This document shows positions 48,982 to 62,790 of a DNA stretch of 64,000 nucleotides, piece after piece (within the stretch, counting starts at the first letter, position 1; each line of letters opens with the position of its first letter). The stretch is from NCBI RefSeq assembly GCF_018350175.1, contig NC_058373.1, positions 116,128,001 through 116,192,000 of the forward strand, read 5' to 3'. The DNA is from Felis catus (lineage: Eukaryota). The translations under genes and the position numbers were made by a program. The notes under the pieces were generated by a model. The model did not search any database. It had not been told where the DNA came from and saw only the letters and a program-made list of their open reading frames with translations.

Positions 48982-50349
48982 CCTGGAACATCCCGGGAGC
49001 ACTCTTCTGTAACCATGAGCCGGGCTGGAGGGTATAGAAGACATCGCTTGTGAGGTGGGGTCTAGGGGGAGGGACAGTTATCCAGCGTCTAGGAATGTCA
49101 CCCCGGTCCCTCACGGGGCAAGCCCAGCAAGCACACCTGTGAGCAGCAGGATGCGGAACCCCGTAGATCAGAACTACGTGGACAAGAAGAAATGGGTATG
49201 TGCCGTGTCTCTCCAGGGGGCCGGACAGGTGAGCATCTGAGCAGGATCGAGAAGAGGTGCATACCTGGGAAGGACAGGAGAAAGGCAATTCAGGAGCTGA
49301 CTGGGCAGTAGCATCAAAGCCCCAAGGATGGGGTTCAGGCAAAGGGTCAAGAGCCTGTTCAAGGAGCCGGGGCAACAGCTATGTTGTGGAGACCAAGTGA
49401 AGAGAGCACAGAGTCCAGCAGACCCAGGTTTGAATCCAAGGGCAGCTACGTCTCTGCTGGGTAAACTTAGGCAAGCCATTTAACCTCTCTGAGCCGCTGT
49501 TTCCTTGACGGAAAAGAAACATAATAATGTCTTCTTCACAGAGTTGTTATAAAGAGTATGAATAATTCATGAGAAGTGCTTGGCACTGGGTGCACTCAAT
49601 AAATGAGAGCTATTATTGTTATCAATACCATCATCATTATTTATATTGAACCACAGAGATTTCTTCAGCTCAGGCTCAGAAGACAAAGCAAGGGAGAGGA
49701 GCGTTTGCCAAGAGCAGAGAAACCAGGAGGGGGAGCCGGACCTCTCGGAGCAGATCACAGATGACTTCTCTCCCGTGCTGGTCATTTGTAACTGTTGGTC
49801 TGCTCATTTGTCCTTACGCTCGGGGCTGCTGTCATTGTCACCATTTCCTACAGCAGAAATGAAAAGAACCTTAGATTTCTGTCCAACCAGCCCTGTGGCT
49901 CGTGCTCTGCTGCTGGCATAGCCATTCATCTTTTCTGTGGCGTGAGCTGTCACCGATACCCAGGGACACCACCTGCTCGGAGGTTTCGGACAACTGTCTC
50001 CATGGTTTCTGGCCAGATCTCATTAGCTAAGTGAGGTGGAGCCCAGTGGGGTTCATAGGTTAACGCTGGTAGGGGAGACCTCGCGGTGGGGGCTAGGAGA
50101 CACAGGTGGTTACAAGAGATAGTGCTTGTGATAGGAGGGTGTGACTGAGCCAGCTTGGGGCCGGAGGATGCTTACTGGGATAGAAAAGCAAGGTCACGAC
50201 CTTCTGCAGCCTCCGAGGGGTCTGTGACAACATATTTCATCAGAGGAAGACGTTCACCACAGTGATCCCGCATGTTTCCAGTCGATGCAGTTTGCCCCCT
50301 TTATATTCGACTCACTACCTTCTTGGTGCCCAATCCAAGGATGGCCGAC

Positions 50350-50760
50350 ATTTATTAAGCCATAACTGTGTGCCAGGAGGTACTGGGCTAATACATTTTA
50401 CAGACTGTCCCATTTAATTCTCACAACGACCCTATGAAGTTGGTACTATTGTTTGTTCCATTTTATAGATAAACAGAGGCTCAGAGAGGTTAAGCAACTT
50501 GTCGAAGGCCACACAGCCAGTAAAACTGTGGAGCCAGTTTGAGAATCCAGCTTTTGCCGATTTCAGATTTCCAGCCCTGAATTGGGATGCTAACCCGTGC
50601 CTCTCACACTTTAATATGCATATGAGTCACAGAGGATTTGTTAAAAGGAAGATTTTGAGTCAGAAAATCTGGATGGGGCCTGAGATGCTGCATTTCTAAC
50701 CAGCTCCCAGGCTATGTGTATGTTGTTGGTCCATGGATCACACCTTGAGTAGCAAGGGAC
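50350..50760. mobile_element. MIR (minus) followed by a MER5-like fragment
   Basis: 'ccattttatagat...gaggctcagagaggttaagcaactt' then 'ggggcctgagatgctgcatttctaaccagctccc'. Confidence 0.65.
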
Positions 50761-50874
50761 TTGCCTGATGGATTTGGTTCACAATGGTTGATAGGTTTCT
50801 CCCCAAAGGAGGTTGTATTTTGGTCTTGGGTAAAAATCTTTGTTTTTAGAATTTTTTTTAATGTTTATTTATTT

Positions 50875-51082
50875 ATTTTTAACGTTTATTTATTTTTGAG
50901 ACAGAGAGAGACAGAGCATGAACGGGGGAGGGGCAGAGAGAGAGGGAGACACAGAATCGGAAGCAGGCTCCAGGCTCTGAGCCATCAGCCCAGAGCCCGA
51001 CGTGGGGCTCGAACTCACGGACCGCAAGTTCGTGACCTGAGCCGAAGTCGGATGCTCAACCGACTGAGCCACGCAGGCGCCC
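50875..51082 (-). mobile_element. Young Can-SINE inserted in the tail of an older SINE
   Basis: 16-bp TSD TAATGTTTATTTATTT at 50859-50874 and 51083-51098. Confidence 0.92.
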
Positions 51083-51295
51083 TAATGTTTATTTATTTTT
51101 GAGAGAAAGAGAGAGAGAAAGAGAGAGAGCAAGCAGGAGAGGGGCAGAGAGAGAGAGGGAGAGCAGAATCCAAAGCAGGCTCCAGGCTCTGAGCTGTCAG
51201 CACAGAGCCCGATGCGCGCCTCGAACCCACAAACCACGAGATCATGACCTGAGCAGAAGTCGGCCACCTAACTGATTCAGCCACCCAGGCGCCCC
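51083..51295 (-). mobile_element. Can-SINE (host of the nested copy)
   Basis: Body and head end at gcgcccc 51295. Confidence 0.92.
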
Positions 51296-51321
51296 TTGGA
51301 GAAAAACCTTTTAAACCGTTT

Positions 51322-51937
51322 TGTATTTGTTTTCTGTTATGACAAATTATCACAGATTTAGCACCTTAAAACAACACCCACTATTGCCTCGCAGATTCCA
51401 TGGGTCAGGTGTCTGGGAACAGCAGGACTTTCTGCTCAGATTCACACATGGCTTCATGAAGGCGTCATCCAGGCTGTGTTCTCACCTGGAGCTCAGAGTT
51501 CTTGTTCAAGTACGTTTGGGTTGTCCTGAAATTCAGTGTCTTGCGACTAGAGGACTGAGATCCCTGTTTCCCAGCTGGCTGTCAGGCAGGGGCCAGCTCT
51601 CAGCACCCCTAGAGACTGTTGCCTTGCTAGCTTCCTGGCCCTGCCATCTTCGAAGCCAGCAATGGAGGGTCTCCCTTTTGTTGAATCCTTCTCAGACTTC
51701 AAATATCTTGGACTTTTTCTGTCTCTGACCTCTAGATCCGGATGTAGAGGGCCGTGTGATGAGGTCAAGACCACCCAAACAATCTCCCTATCTTGAGGTT
51801 AATTGATTTAGGATCTTAATTACATCTACAGAATTTCTTCACAGCAGGGCCTAGGTTAGTGTTTGACCAACCCGCTAGAAGGCTTGAGCATACCAGGCAC
51901 CAGACGTCTGGGCGACCATGTTAGAATTCTGCCCATA
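51322..51937 (-). mobile_element. MaLR solo LTR (MLT1D/E-like)
   Basis: 'acaaattatcacagatttagc.ccttaaaacaacac', 'cttaattacatct' and 'ttagaattctgcc'. Confidence 0.7.
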
Positions 51938-53146
51938 AAAAGTATATTGGTTTTCCTGCTTGAGCTGTGTCGTTGACTGATGCATGTTTGTAGAGTCATG
52001 GAAACTGAGGCTGCGTAAACGGCCTCATTTCTGCTTTCATTTCTACTTGTTTGTTGTAAGCCCCTTCTTTAGCATTAACATTTACCAACAGTTGTCTCAA
52101 AATAATGAACTGTCATGAGGGAGATTCCAGCAAATTGAGCTCAGCCCTTTTTCTTGTTTGTTATGTAAACTGAAAGGGCCGGCTGATACATAGATCATTT
52201 GGGGTTTTTCACTGACTCATAACCAATGTCCAGGAGTAAGACTTCAGATGCAGTGATGTTTACATGCAAGCAGCAGCTTCTACTTAAGGACGAGTGCTCC
52301 GTAGATGCCGTGAGCTGAAAAACATTTTTAAGAAGGAGGGTTTGTAATACGCTGACAGCAAAGATCTGACTGAGGTCCCGGGATTCCAGCTCATCCTTTG
52401 TGAGTCCTGTCCTGTTTCCCTTCAGTGGCACTGTCCTAGAGTTACGTGGCTCATAAAATGAGCCAGCGTCATTTTCCTTACTTGGGTCTGAAAAGAGAAG
52501 TCAAAGTAAGAAGTGGGAAAGAAGCTATAGAAACCTGCAGGGGGAGGAGAGTCCTAGGAGTTTTATACAGGGGGGACACTGAGAGTGATGTAACACACAC
52601 ACCCTGTGGATTCTGGGTTTGGAGAGTGTGGACAAATTCAGCTCGCTGTCAAGAGGCAGGGCTGGGCAAGGCGTAATCCTGGTGATGCTGCTTCCACGGC
52701 AATTCTCCTTAGTACCTCCAAAGCTATAGCAAGATCACCAGGTAGGAAATACCCCAGGTTTCTTAGCCAGCTTGCAGCATAGAGAACAGTGAGGGAACCG
52801 TTGCAGGAAATCTATTGTCCACTGGAACCTCGCAGTGAGGGGGGTGGGGGTGGGTATTGTAGGGATTGTAGGGATTGTAGGGGGTGGGGATTACTTCCTC
52901 TAGAGTGTGAAAGGTTCGACTGAGGTGACTGCCTTTAATACATTCTTGCCAACACAAAATGCTTTGCATTTTTGGTTTCATGGCATCATTTTTGAAATAC
53001 GAATCATAAAAGCAGTGCATTTCTGCTGTGTCTGCTGAGACTTACTTTATCACTCTCCTATTTCAGTGTCAATAAAATGATGCTGTCATTCCAGCTGGGA
53101 GGTATTTTGATTGTTCCAGACAGAAAGCTGGCTGATCACATTGGGA

Positions 53147-53147
53147 A

Positions 53148-53177
<30 letters not shown>
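53147..53177. repeat. (GA)n microsatellite
   Basis: Read directly from the sequence. Confidence 0.85.
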
Positions 53178-53178
<1 letters not shown>

Positions 53179-53578
53179 ACTTCTGTGTGTCTCCTTTCTG
53201 AGGTTGAGAAGAAAATTATCTCATTTTAGCAATGGATAAATGCATTTTGATGGTAACTGATTACCAAGTTGAGACCTCCTATAAAGTCTTCTAGCACCGT
53301 GGCGATTTACTAACCGACAAAGAGAATCCCTTGCTAAAGTCATCATTAGCAAAAATCTTATGCCACGGGCTTCTAAATAAGCATAAATGTAGAGTAGTAA
53401 AATAGAGACTGGGGATAAAATAAGAGGGTTGGAGTAAATGATCTCCTTTGATTTAAAGAAAATTCCAAGCTGGATGTTGGAAGACTCAGCAATGATGAGA
53501 AATGCCTGAAGAGAGAGAGAGTATTCATTTAGGAAGGTAGTGGAAATCTTCTCAAGTGATAAATGAACTTGTGGATAT

Positions 53579-53581
<3 letters not shown>

Positions 53582-53632
<51 letters not shown>
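53582..53632. repeat. (GT)~25 microsatellite
   Basis: Read directly from the sequence. Confidence 0.95.
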
Positions 53633-53635
<3 letters not shown>

Positions 53636-55715
53636 TCTCCAACTCCGAGGTGAATATTTTTTTAAAGTCTTGGAATGGTGGCTCAGTTGATGGCAGAGTG
53701 GAAAGGACTCAGAGACCAGCCAGAAACCTTGGAGCAAGGCAGGCATTTCCAGAAGGTCTTGGCAGAAAGAGTCAGATGGAGAGACGGGCTAGCTGGTTAG
53801 TGCCAGGGAGGGTGAGAGAGGAGCCACAGGTGGGTGGGGCACAGCCCACATGGTAGAGAGGTCTGGGCAGTCTGAAACCCCAGTTAGCTGCCCTGGGTAG
53901 TGGGTAGGAGGGATTGTGCCTTAGAAAGCATGGTGGTGGGATTTGGGTTCTTGGGGGGATTGACAAAGAAGAGTACACACCCAGTCTAGAACAAATGGGA
54001 TACAGCAAGGGTCCCAGAAAAGGGCCTTAATCTCCAGGCAGGTGACCAGCTACTAGAATCAGGGGAAAGTCTGGTATAGGCCCAACACAAGGCTGATCTG
54101 ATGCTATTCTCTTAAGAAACCAGCCTAGGGCTCCTTAAATTCCCCAGACTAGAGACACTCAAGTGCCTCAGATGTTCCCAGCTGTACTAACTGCCAAATC
54201 CTAGAATCAGGCCCGTGATTTCAAGAAGTTTAAGATGTGGTTCTGTCCTCAAGGAGTTTATAATCTATTTGGGAACAAAAGGTCAGCACACATCAGACAG
54301 AGAAGAATATGTCTGTATGTCCATTAACTCTGTTGTGTACTAGTTGTAGGTATTATGAAAAGGGAAAAGTCAAGGACAGATTCATGGGAGAGGTGAGCTT
54401 TGGGGGATGGCTTGAATTTTTTCCAAGCAAGGAAGAACAGGTTCTGGGCATTGGGGGCTAGATGCTCATGAGGGTGGACAAAAGAAGGTAAGAACTCTCC
54501 TGAGATACCTTCCCCATCCTGCTCCAACCCAGGCAGGAATAGTTAAGCCCCTCATTCCTGTAAGAGAAGCCACTAGGGGAACAGCTAGAAAGTAGAACAT
54601 AGAGAAAGGAAGTGGAGTTTGCTTGACAAGAGGAGAATGTGATCAGAATGGCTGGGGAGGGAGCTCCCAGCTTCTGTGTGTGGGACTAAGAGTCTGTTTC
54701 AGACTCCAAGCTAATTCAGCCTTGACTTGTACTAGTGCCATTCACAAGCCTATAGGGCATTTTCCTACATGCTTCCTGTCTATGCTCCCCACCCTTATCA
54801 CCCTGACTCCTTATTTCCCTTCTATTAGTTTAGTGACTACAGCAGAATCAAATTTTCCTATTAACTAAAACCCTTGGGATCTTGGAGCCTTCATCCACTT
54901 TCCCCCTCACAGATGACATAATGATACACACTGTGATCCAGAAGCTCTGGATCCCGTGGCTGACAGAGTAGGCCACCTGTTCAGCATCGTCAGGATGAGT
55001 ATCACCATCAAGATGACTACTCTGTATTGAGGGGTATGAGTCAACTCAGCATCTTTGTCTATCTTTGTGACTTTTACTGTAAAAAAAAAAAATGAGTTTT
55101 AACGTATTTCCTTAGCACTGGCAGTTGCCTTTCCCAGTCAGCTACCACTTAAGACATTCCTGATGGCTAATGTCAGATCTCAGGATACTGGCCTATGATG
55201 CTGGGAAAGGAGCTGGTGTCAGAGTCTTGGCTCTGAGCTGAGGTTTGACTCTGTGGGAGCAGCCACAAGCAGGAGCTGGGATAATCCTTTTCCTTTAGCA
55301 GCTGCTTAAGCAGACCTGACATTTGGGTTGGAAAAGGATTTCAACTCACCCCAAAGTAGAGAAATTACTTTTTCACCATCAGAAAGTCATGTACGTGCTG
55401 CAAGATGGAGGAAGCTTTTCCTGACCTGCAGCAGGAAAAAGCTGGACGCCTACAGGGCTACTGTGCAGGGAGTGGACGGCGACTGACACTTGTTTAGCAA
55501 TTTACAGCAGATTGTTTTAAACTTCATTTAATCCCCCCAGCAAGCCCGAGATAAAGGGGTCATTTTATCATGTATTCCACAGACGAGGAAACAGATGCAC
55601 TTTCTTAAGCAACCGTCAGTGAGTTGCAATCCAGAAATGAGCCCAGTCTCTTTGAATCCCCTTCCCACATCCTTCCCAATAAATTAGAGGTTCTGTTCTA
55701 CCGTGTGGCAATCAG

Positions 55716-55804
55716 CTGTAGAACGTGTGACTTTTGATCTCAGGGTTGTGAGTTTGAGCCCCATGTCGGGTGTAGAAGTTACTTAAAAATAAAACTTAAA
55801 AAAT
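55716..55804 (+). mobile_element. Short old Can-SINE fragment, followed by a MIR
   Basis: 'gatctcagggttgtgagtttgagcccc...tgtaga...acttaaaaataaaa'. Confidence 0.75.
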
Positions 55805-56003
55805 TAGATTTAGTGGCAATAGGCCATTAGATTTGATGGAGTTAGACCATCTGGGATCTGAATCATGGCTCCACCAACGTTTATCCGTGTGACCTTGGGC
55901 AAGTTACTTAACCTCTCTGTCTCTTGTTTCCTCACTATTACAAGGGGGAACATAATAGTACCCACCTCATAGCACCGTTGTGTGCATTGAAAAAGGCAAT
56001 GCA

Positions 56004-56235
56004 GGGGCGCCTGGGTGGCTCAGTCAGTTAGGGGTCCGAGTTCAGCTCAGGTCATGATCTCGCGGTCCGTGAGTTCGAGCCCCGCATCGGGCTCTGTGCT
56101 GACAGCTCGGAGCCTGGGGCTTGTTTCCGATTCTGTGTCTCCCTCTCTCTCTGACCCTCCCCCATTCACGCTCTGTCTCTCTCTGTCTCAAAAATAAATA
56201 AACGTTAAAAAAAAATTAAAAAAAAAAAAGAAAAA
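56004..56235 (+). mobile_element. Can-SINE, full length
   Basis: 15-bp TSD GAAAAAGGCAATGCA at 55989-56003 and 56236-56250. A-box-like TGGCTCAGTCAG and B-box GAGTTCGAGCC. Confidence 0.95.
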
Positions 56236-57229
56236 GAAAAAGGCAATGCACCAGGAGTTCTTTAGCTCAATGGCTGACACGTAGCTGTTGGGCGAATGGC
56301 AAGTATTGAAGTGTGGGATATATAAGCAGCGAAAGCATGCAATAAACACATTCCTATAGAGAGGGATGAGTGTAGTAAGCTATAGGGATTTGAAGGAGAC
56401 CAAGAATTTCTGCCCTTAAAAAAAACCTCCCGGTCTCCTGGGAAAGATAGAGACATAAACAAATAACTATAATGCGATGTGACAGTGCTACAGCAGAAGT
56501 CTGTCTGGATTTGCCAAAGGAGTTTTACTCAGCAGTGACCATGACATTCTGTTGCTGTGGATAGATGTTAGTTTTTATTCCACCAGAGAATCACAATGCA
56601 TGTTTCATCCTCCTTGAAGTAGAAGGGAGTTGAGTAAGTGTCCCTGGGTATCAGGGTTTGGCCAACCTCACTGCTAAAATCCATAGCTTAAGAAACAAAG
56701 ATGTGTCTCCATTCTGTCTTTCCTGCTGAGCTCCCCTGTCCTTGGGTAGCCTGGGAAGGGGTTTCATACCCCGTGTTCTGCCTCTTGATTAAGACTCTGG
56801 GGGCTCAGCAGCATCTTATAATGCACCCAGGAGCAAGCTACCTGGCCTAATTCTACAGGAGGTTAATCATGCCACGTCTACAAAGAACCTAAATTAATAA
56901 AGAGAACATTAAACATGTCAGGTTTAAGTGACTGAAATCACTTAAGCTATACTTTGTTGTTTTCAATTGTTTATCCTGTGAGTTCATGTCCTGAGCAAGG
57001 ACATTTGCAAATAGCCATCTGGATGAATATGCCACAAGCATTATTCCTTGTATGATTTCAAGACCTTTTTACCCCATTGTCTCCCCAACCTCCAACCCAT
57101 ATCATGGCCTAGGGTAAGTTACAGAAACCCTCTGAGTTATTGTTTTACTAATTAGAGTCAATGAAAACTGAGATGTTTTAAAACATTTACAGAGAATATT
57201 GGCAATACTTTCAGTGTCATAAAGCAAGA

Positions 57230-57895
57230 AGAGACATTATCATGTAACTGCATAAAATTAAAGTCAATCAAATGGGGAAAAAAAGTTGGATTATTCCAGG
57301 ATAAATTCCAAGTGCACGTAATATTTAAATGTATAAAGATGAAGCCATCTTTTCTCTTAGAAGAAACGAAAACAGAGTTTTTCACCTCGGAATAGGGGAA
57401 GGCCTTTTTAATTATGACATGAAACTCAAAACCGTGGAAGAAAAGATTGGTATGTTGAATCCCATAACATTAACGTTTGCTGCAAGGAAAAAAACCATAA
57501 GCAAAGTCAAAAGGCAAATGACAAATTGGATGGAAACATTTGCAGCTGTATGACAGACCAAAGACTAATTTCCCTTAACGTATGAGCTCCCGCAAATCAG
57601 AAAGCGAAAGACTAATGGTGTAATACAAACATAGGCAAGGCATGTGAACTGGCTGGAAGAGGAAGAAATGGATCCTAGGCACACAGAAGTGGCTCGGCAT
57701 CACTCACAATAGAAGAAATTAACTTAAATTAAAATCATACTGAGATGACAATTTTCATTCATCAGGTTAGCATAGATCCCTGAAATCTGATAACATGCCC
57801 TGTGGATAAGGGTATTCTGAAACGGGCACTTTCATACTGTGCCTGTGGGGGTATACATTGGCACAACAGCTGGTAGAGCAATTTGGCATCAGCTC
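57230..57895 (+). mobile_element. Ancient L1 ORF2/3' remnant
   Basis: A-rich with L1 motifs 'accataagcaaagtcaaaaggcaaatgacaaattgg' and 'agagcaatttggca'. No intact ORF. Confidence 0.65.
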
Positions 57896-58268
57896 CACTT
57901 TTATTTAATTTTTAAATGAAACTTTTTAAATGTTTATTTATGAGACAGAGAGGGCATGCAAGAGTGGTGGGGGTGGGGGAGCACACAGGGAGGGGGAGAC
58001 AGAGGATCCGGGGTCAGTAATAGAAAGGATGTTTCACTGTATGTACTTTTTGTTTGGTGTTTGATATTTCCTACCTATTGAACTATGTGAAGGTATCACC
58101 TATTAAAACTTCAAAAATGAAATACAAAGTAATAATAGGCCAAAATTTGCTGATGGTAATTAATTAAACACAATTAATTTGATTCATAAATTAAATGATT
58201 AAATGGCCAAGTTTCTAAACCCATGTGTGATTGTCTACCTGTTCCATCCGTATTCCTTCTCCCTGATT

Positions 58269-58493
58269 TAAAAAAAAATTTTTTTTAACGTGTGTTTATT
58301 TTTGAGAGAGAGAGAGAGAGACAGAGTACAAGCAGGGGAGGGGCAGGGAGAGGGGGAGACACAGAATCTGAAGCAGGCTCCAGGCTCTGAGCTGTCAGCA
58401 CAGAGCCCGACAAGGGTCTTGAACCCATGAACCGTGAGATCATGACCTGAGCTGAAGTTGGACACTTAACTGACTGAGCCACCCAGGCACCCC
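58269..58493 (-). mobile_element. Can-SINE
   Basis: TSD CCTTCTCCCTGATT at 58255-58268 and 58496-58509. Confidence 0.93.
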
Positions 58494-60422
58494 AGCCTTC
58501 TCCCTGATTCTTAACATAATCCAGTTTTATTTAGGCATCTACCACTCCCAACATACCCCCTGTGTCTCAGTCTACATCTGGGACTGGCTGGTCTAAGGGC
58601 AAGTCCTTTCCCATGGCCAGTAACTGGTTCAGGAACCGTGGCCAAAGTCAGTGTATATCACTGCCCTGAGAACAAGGCTTGACTCAAGAATGCCAGAGGC
58701 TCCTGGGAAAGACATGCCCTTGCTCTTAGGTGAACTGCGCCTCAATTGATGGCATTTCTAGGTGGAACCAGTCACCGCCACAGCCATTTTGCCTCCATGT
58801 AGGGAGCAGCTTTAGGTGAAAGCCAACCCATTGAGGAGGTCATGTCAGGAGACTGCAGAGAAACAGATCCAGAGCCACTACATTAAACTGCCCTTGAAGC
58901 CGCCCTACCTCCTGGGCTTGCAGCAGTATGAAGCAACACTTTTCCTCATCGTTTATGTGAGTTTGAATCCAATTTTCTGTTACTTGAAGCTGTAGGCTAA
59001 TACCCATGTCACAGAGGAGTATTTCCAAGAATCTATGAAACACATGGGTAAGTCAGAAGGAAAAAACACCTCCTGAAGTTTCTCAGACTTAGCAAACTGC
59101 CAAGGCACATGGCATGTGTTGACATAGAAACTTTCCCAATCAGGCTCTGAACTCCGAGTAGAATATGGTACAGAAGTAGCCAGGGGGATGGAGTGGAGAG
59201 ACAGAGAAGGATTCCAACATTTTCTGTGGTTGTGACTGGGTAGGGGGCCTACTGGGTGAGTTTTAGCTCCCTTTTCTATATTTCCTCTGATAAAAAAAAG
59301 TAAAAAAAATTTTTTTTTTATGATGAAAAACTAAATACCAGCCAAAAAGGCCACTTGGAAGCAGATTGGTAGAGAGGCTGGGCCAAGCAAATCCCAATAA
59401 GTTAAGGTCAGGTTTTCAAAGTACAAGCCTGAAGGCTAAATAAATAAATGCTTATAAAAAGCTCTTCATAAATTAGAGATTAGAAGTTTAAGAACTCCTA
59501 GTAGCCTGAGGCTATTAGGAGTGAAGGATTTAAAATGAAACCCCAAAAGCAAATATAGATCACAGCTGGAATACTTACAGCAGACCTTACTGTTCTGCTG
59601 CCGAGACACTAATTTGCACCAATAATTTGGAGGTGATGTGTTTCTAATCGCCCCTCATATGGACTCGGTTTTCACTTTCTGGTACTTTCCACAGGCTGAG
59701 GTCACTACAGGACTCAGAGTGGGAGGCTTTAGCGTCCCCTGGAAGTGGGGAATAGGACGTTTTTTTTCCCCTTCTTACTCCACTGACAACCTTTGAGGAA
59801 TGCGAGGAGGACTCCATAGAGGAGACCGAGTCTAGGATAATCAGGGAGGGAGGTGACAGGAAACCAGGAAGAGAGTGCAATGACCCAGGAGCAAAAAGGT
59901 TAGATAAGACAGGGACCGAAAAGTGTCTGCTGGACTTGGCAACCAGGAAATCACTGGTGACTTGGGGCAAGAGCAGTGACCAGAGTTAAGTTCAAGGCAG
60001 GTGAGGAGCATCCTTCCAGTCTTAAGAAACGTGGCTGGGAAGCAGAGGAGAAGGAGGGTGGACGCTGGAGCAAGCAGAAGGCTTATGGAGGACAGTGCCT
60101 GTTGGTAGGCTGAAGGAAAGAATCAGTAGAATGAGAATGCTTTTTGGTGCCCAAGGAGTCAAGGTTAACAGGTTGAGTATGGTTCGGAGATTGTGGGAGG
60201 GGGATCCAGAGAGCCAGGTGGAGCGAGTTCCTCAGGCAGAAGGACTCCTGTTCCACTCAGAGAAGGAAAAAAAAAGAGGGAAGGGAAGATGGATGCATGT
60301 GTAGATAAATATAGAAGTAGGAGGGCAGGAAATTGAGAGATGCCAGTCTGATATCCTCTATTTTCTTTGTGCCTACGGGAGCGAGAGGGGTGTAGATGTC
60401 TTGAGAACATTGGCAAGCTTTT

Positions 60423-60516
60423 TTTTTTTTTTAATTTAATTTTTATTTTTTTAAAATATATGAAATTTATTGTCAAATTGGTTTCCATACAACACCCAGT
60501 GCTCATCCCAACAGGT
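60423..60516 (-). mobile_element. Severely 5'-truncated young feline-type L1 (~95 nt)
   Basis: 'aatatatgaaatttattgtcaaattggtttccatacaacacccagtgctcatcccaacaggt' with perfect 13-bp TSD TTGGCAAGCTTTT at 60410-60422 and 60517-60529. Confidence 0.85.
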
Positions 60517-61880
60517 TTGGCAAGCTTTTAAAAGTCATTACGAGGGGTGAAACAGCTAATGACTGGGAACCAAAGAACTGTCAGGAAGAATCCAGGTGGC
60601 AGCTGAGGTTAGAACCTGGGAGGTTAGCCTGTGTGCTGAAGGTAGAAGAGGCAGATCGTCCTGGGTTGTGGTGTGGTGGATGGTAAGAGGGGGAGGGAGA
60701 GGAGTGAAAAAAGCACCGGCCTTGGAATGATTGCACTGCAAACCCCTACACGAGATGAGGAACTGAGGGCAGGAGAGGTGGTGGTGGTGGTGGGAGGGGG
60801 GTCAGGAAAAAGAAAAGAAGGAAGGACTTAAAGAAAAAAAAAAAAGAACGGTTGGGGACAGTGGTTCTCAATACAGGTTTGCAGGATAGGGCCCTTAACA
60901 TGCAGATCTCTGGGGCGCCTGTTAGAGATTTCAAGTTAGTGAGACGTAAGTGGAACCTAAGGATCTGCGTTATTTTCCAACTTATTATTTTTTAAAAATG
61001 AGTAACATGCATGTGACATGAAATTCATAAAGTACAAAAGACATGCAATGAAAAGTAAGTCTTTCTCTCACCCCTGTGGCAACTCCTGCTGCCATTGTCT
61101 CAGATGTTCTGTTAGGGACATTCAATACACAATCCCATATAAAATATGCTTTTTTTTTCCCTTTATGCAAACAACAGCATGTTATACACACTGTCCTACA
61201 CTTCTTTTTTTCACTTAACCGTATATCTTAAAGATCAATCCATATCAGTTGTTAAAAGCTCCTTCAATGTTCTATTGACTGCTTGGAATTCTGTCTTTTG
61301 ATAGCAAAAGATGGAAAACAATAGGTGCTCATATTAATTCTCTGCTTCAGGGATTGCCAACTCTGGAGGAGTTTTTCGATACCCTGCGTAGAGATGTACT
61401 AGAATTTGGAATGTTCTTAATAGATTGTGATTTGGGGGTGAGGGATTCATGGGTTACATGTTGAAAAACACTTGTCACGGGACGTGAGAGCAAAATGAGT
61501 TTAAACAATGGAAATACTGAGAGAAAGAGAAAACTGGATGGACTAGGAGCTTTTAGTTTGCATCATGATCTCTACTGATTTAATTGGGAGATTTCATCCT
61601 GAAGATATCATTCCCTGGGACATATATACAAAATACACTGTGCATAATTAGAAAATGGTGATGTATATTAACAGCTGCTGAATCCCAGTGACCATAGGCA
61701 AAGCAGAAACAAAAATAAAACCCAAAACCAAAACCAAAGCCAAAAGAACAAACAAAATTCATAAGAAATACATTCCTATGTGCTGTCGAGGTTTCCATAA
61801 AGAAAGCTATGGAAAATCTCCAAGGGACAGATCTTTTTATTACATCGTTGTTTATTTTTGCTGCTAGAAAAAGTAATTGA

Positions 61881-61986
61881 GAGGCGTCTGGCCGGCTCAG
61901 TCAGTGGAGTCGTGAGTTCAAGCCCCACAATGGGCATGGAGCCTACTTAAAAAAATAATAACGAAAAACTAAAAATAAATAAAAAA
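61881..61986 (+). mobile_element. Short old Can-SINE with internal deletion
   Basis: 'ggcgtctggccggctcagtcagtggag|tcgtgagttcaagcccc' plus A tail. Confidence 0.75.
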
Positions 61987-62655
61987 CTATCGAAACTGAA
62001 TGCAATGAGTCCGCCACATTGAATTTCCCAGAATTCTTCAATTCTGCTTGGATTTCTTGATGTGGGGCTAGGACAGACTTAGAAAGTAGATGACTGAATT
62101 GAAACACAGGTTGATCGCACACCCCATAATATTTCCACTACTGGCCACCACTTCCCACCAAGAAATGTTCTTGCCAGAAGAGCCAGACGTCCAGCCTCCA
62201 GAGGTGACAACTCTCGTTTTCTGCGTAACGACAGGCAGGTGTTCCAGATGACACTGACGGCTACCAATCAGGTGAGCTCTTCAGGGAATCACCCAGCGAG
62301 ATCACTTGGTCCAACAGGTCCCACCAGCATTACGCTACTGTGGCTGAAACAGAAAGGTAAGCAAGACCTTTAATATGGAACAAACACATCAGACATCCGT
62401 TGAGATAGAAGAATCCTTAAATGTGAAAGATGGGAAATAATGCATGTGCCTATTGTTTCTAATTCAGGGATTACCAGCATCGGGGGAGTTTTACGATATC
62501 TTATACACTTCCCCTTTCCTTTCATTGCCCTGCCCTAAAAGTGTTGTGTGTGAGCTTAAGAATAGTGGATTGGGATTTTGAGATCTATCAGAAGATCCCC
62601 TCAAGATGACACAAAACCTCCTCACATGGAGTTGATATTTTAAAAAACCCAGTAG

Positions 62656-62790
62656 CGGGGCACCTGGCTGGTTCAGTTGGAAGATCATGCAACTCTTGAT
62701 CTCAGAGTCGTGGCTTCGAGCACCATTGGGTGTAAAGGTTACTTAAATAAATGAATAAATAAAAATTTTTTAAAAAGTTAAAAAAAAAAT
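62656..62790 (+). mobile_element. Short old Can-SINE
   Basis: GGGGCACCTGGCTGG head, tRNA-like body and A tail. Confidence 0.82.

Noticed and set aside
52856..52882. (ATTGTAGGG)x3, superficially telomere-like
   Set aside because: Only three 9-mer units and not TTAGGG; a simple slippage repeat.
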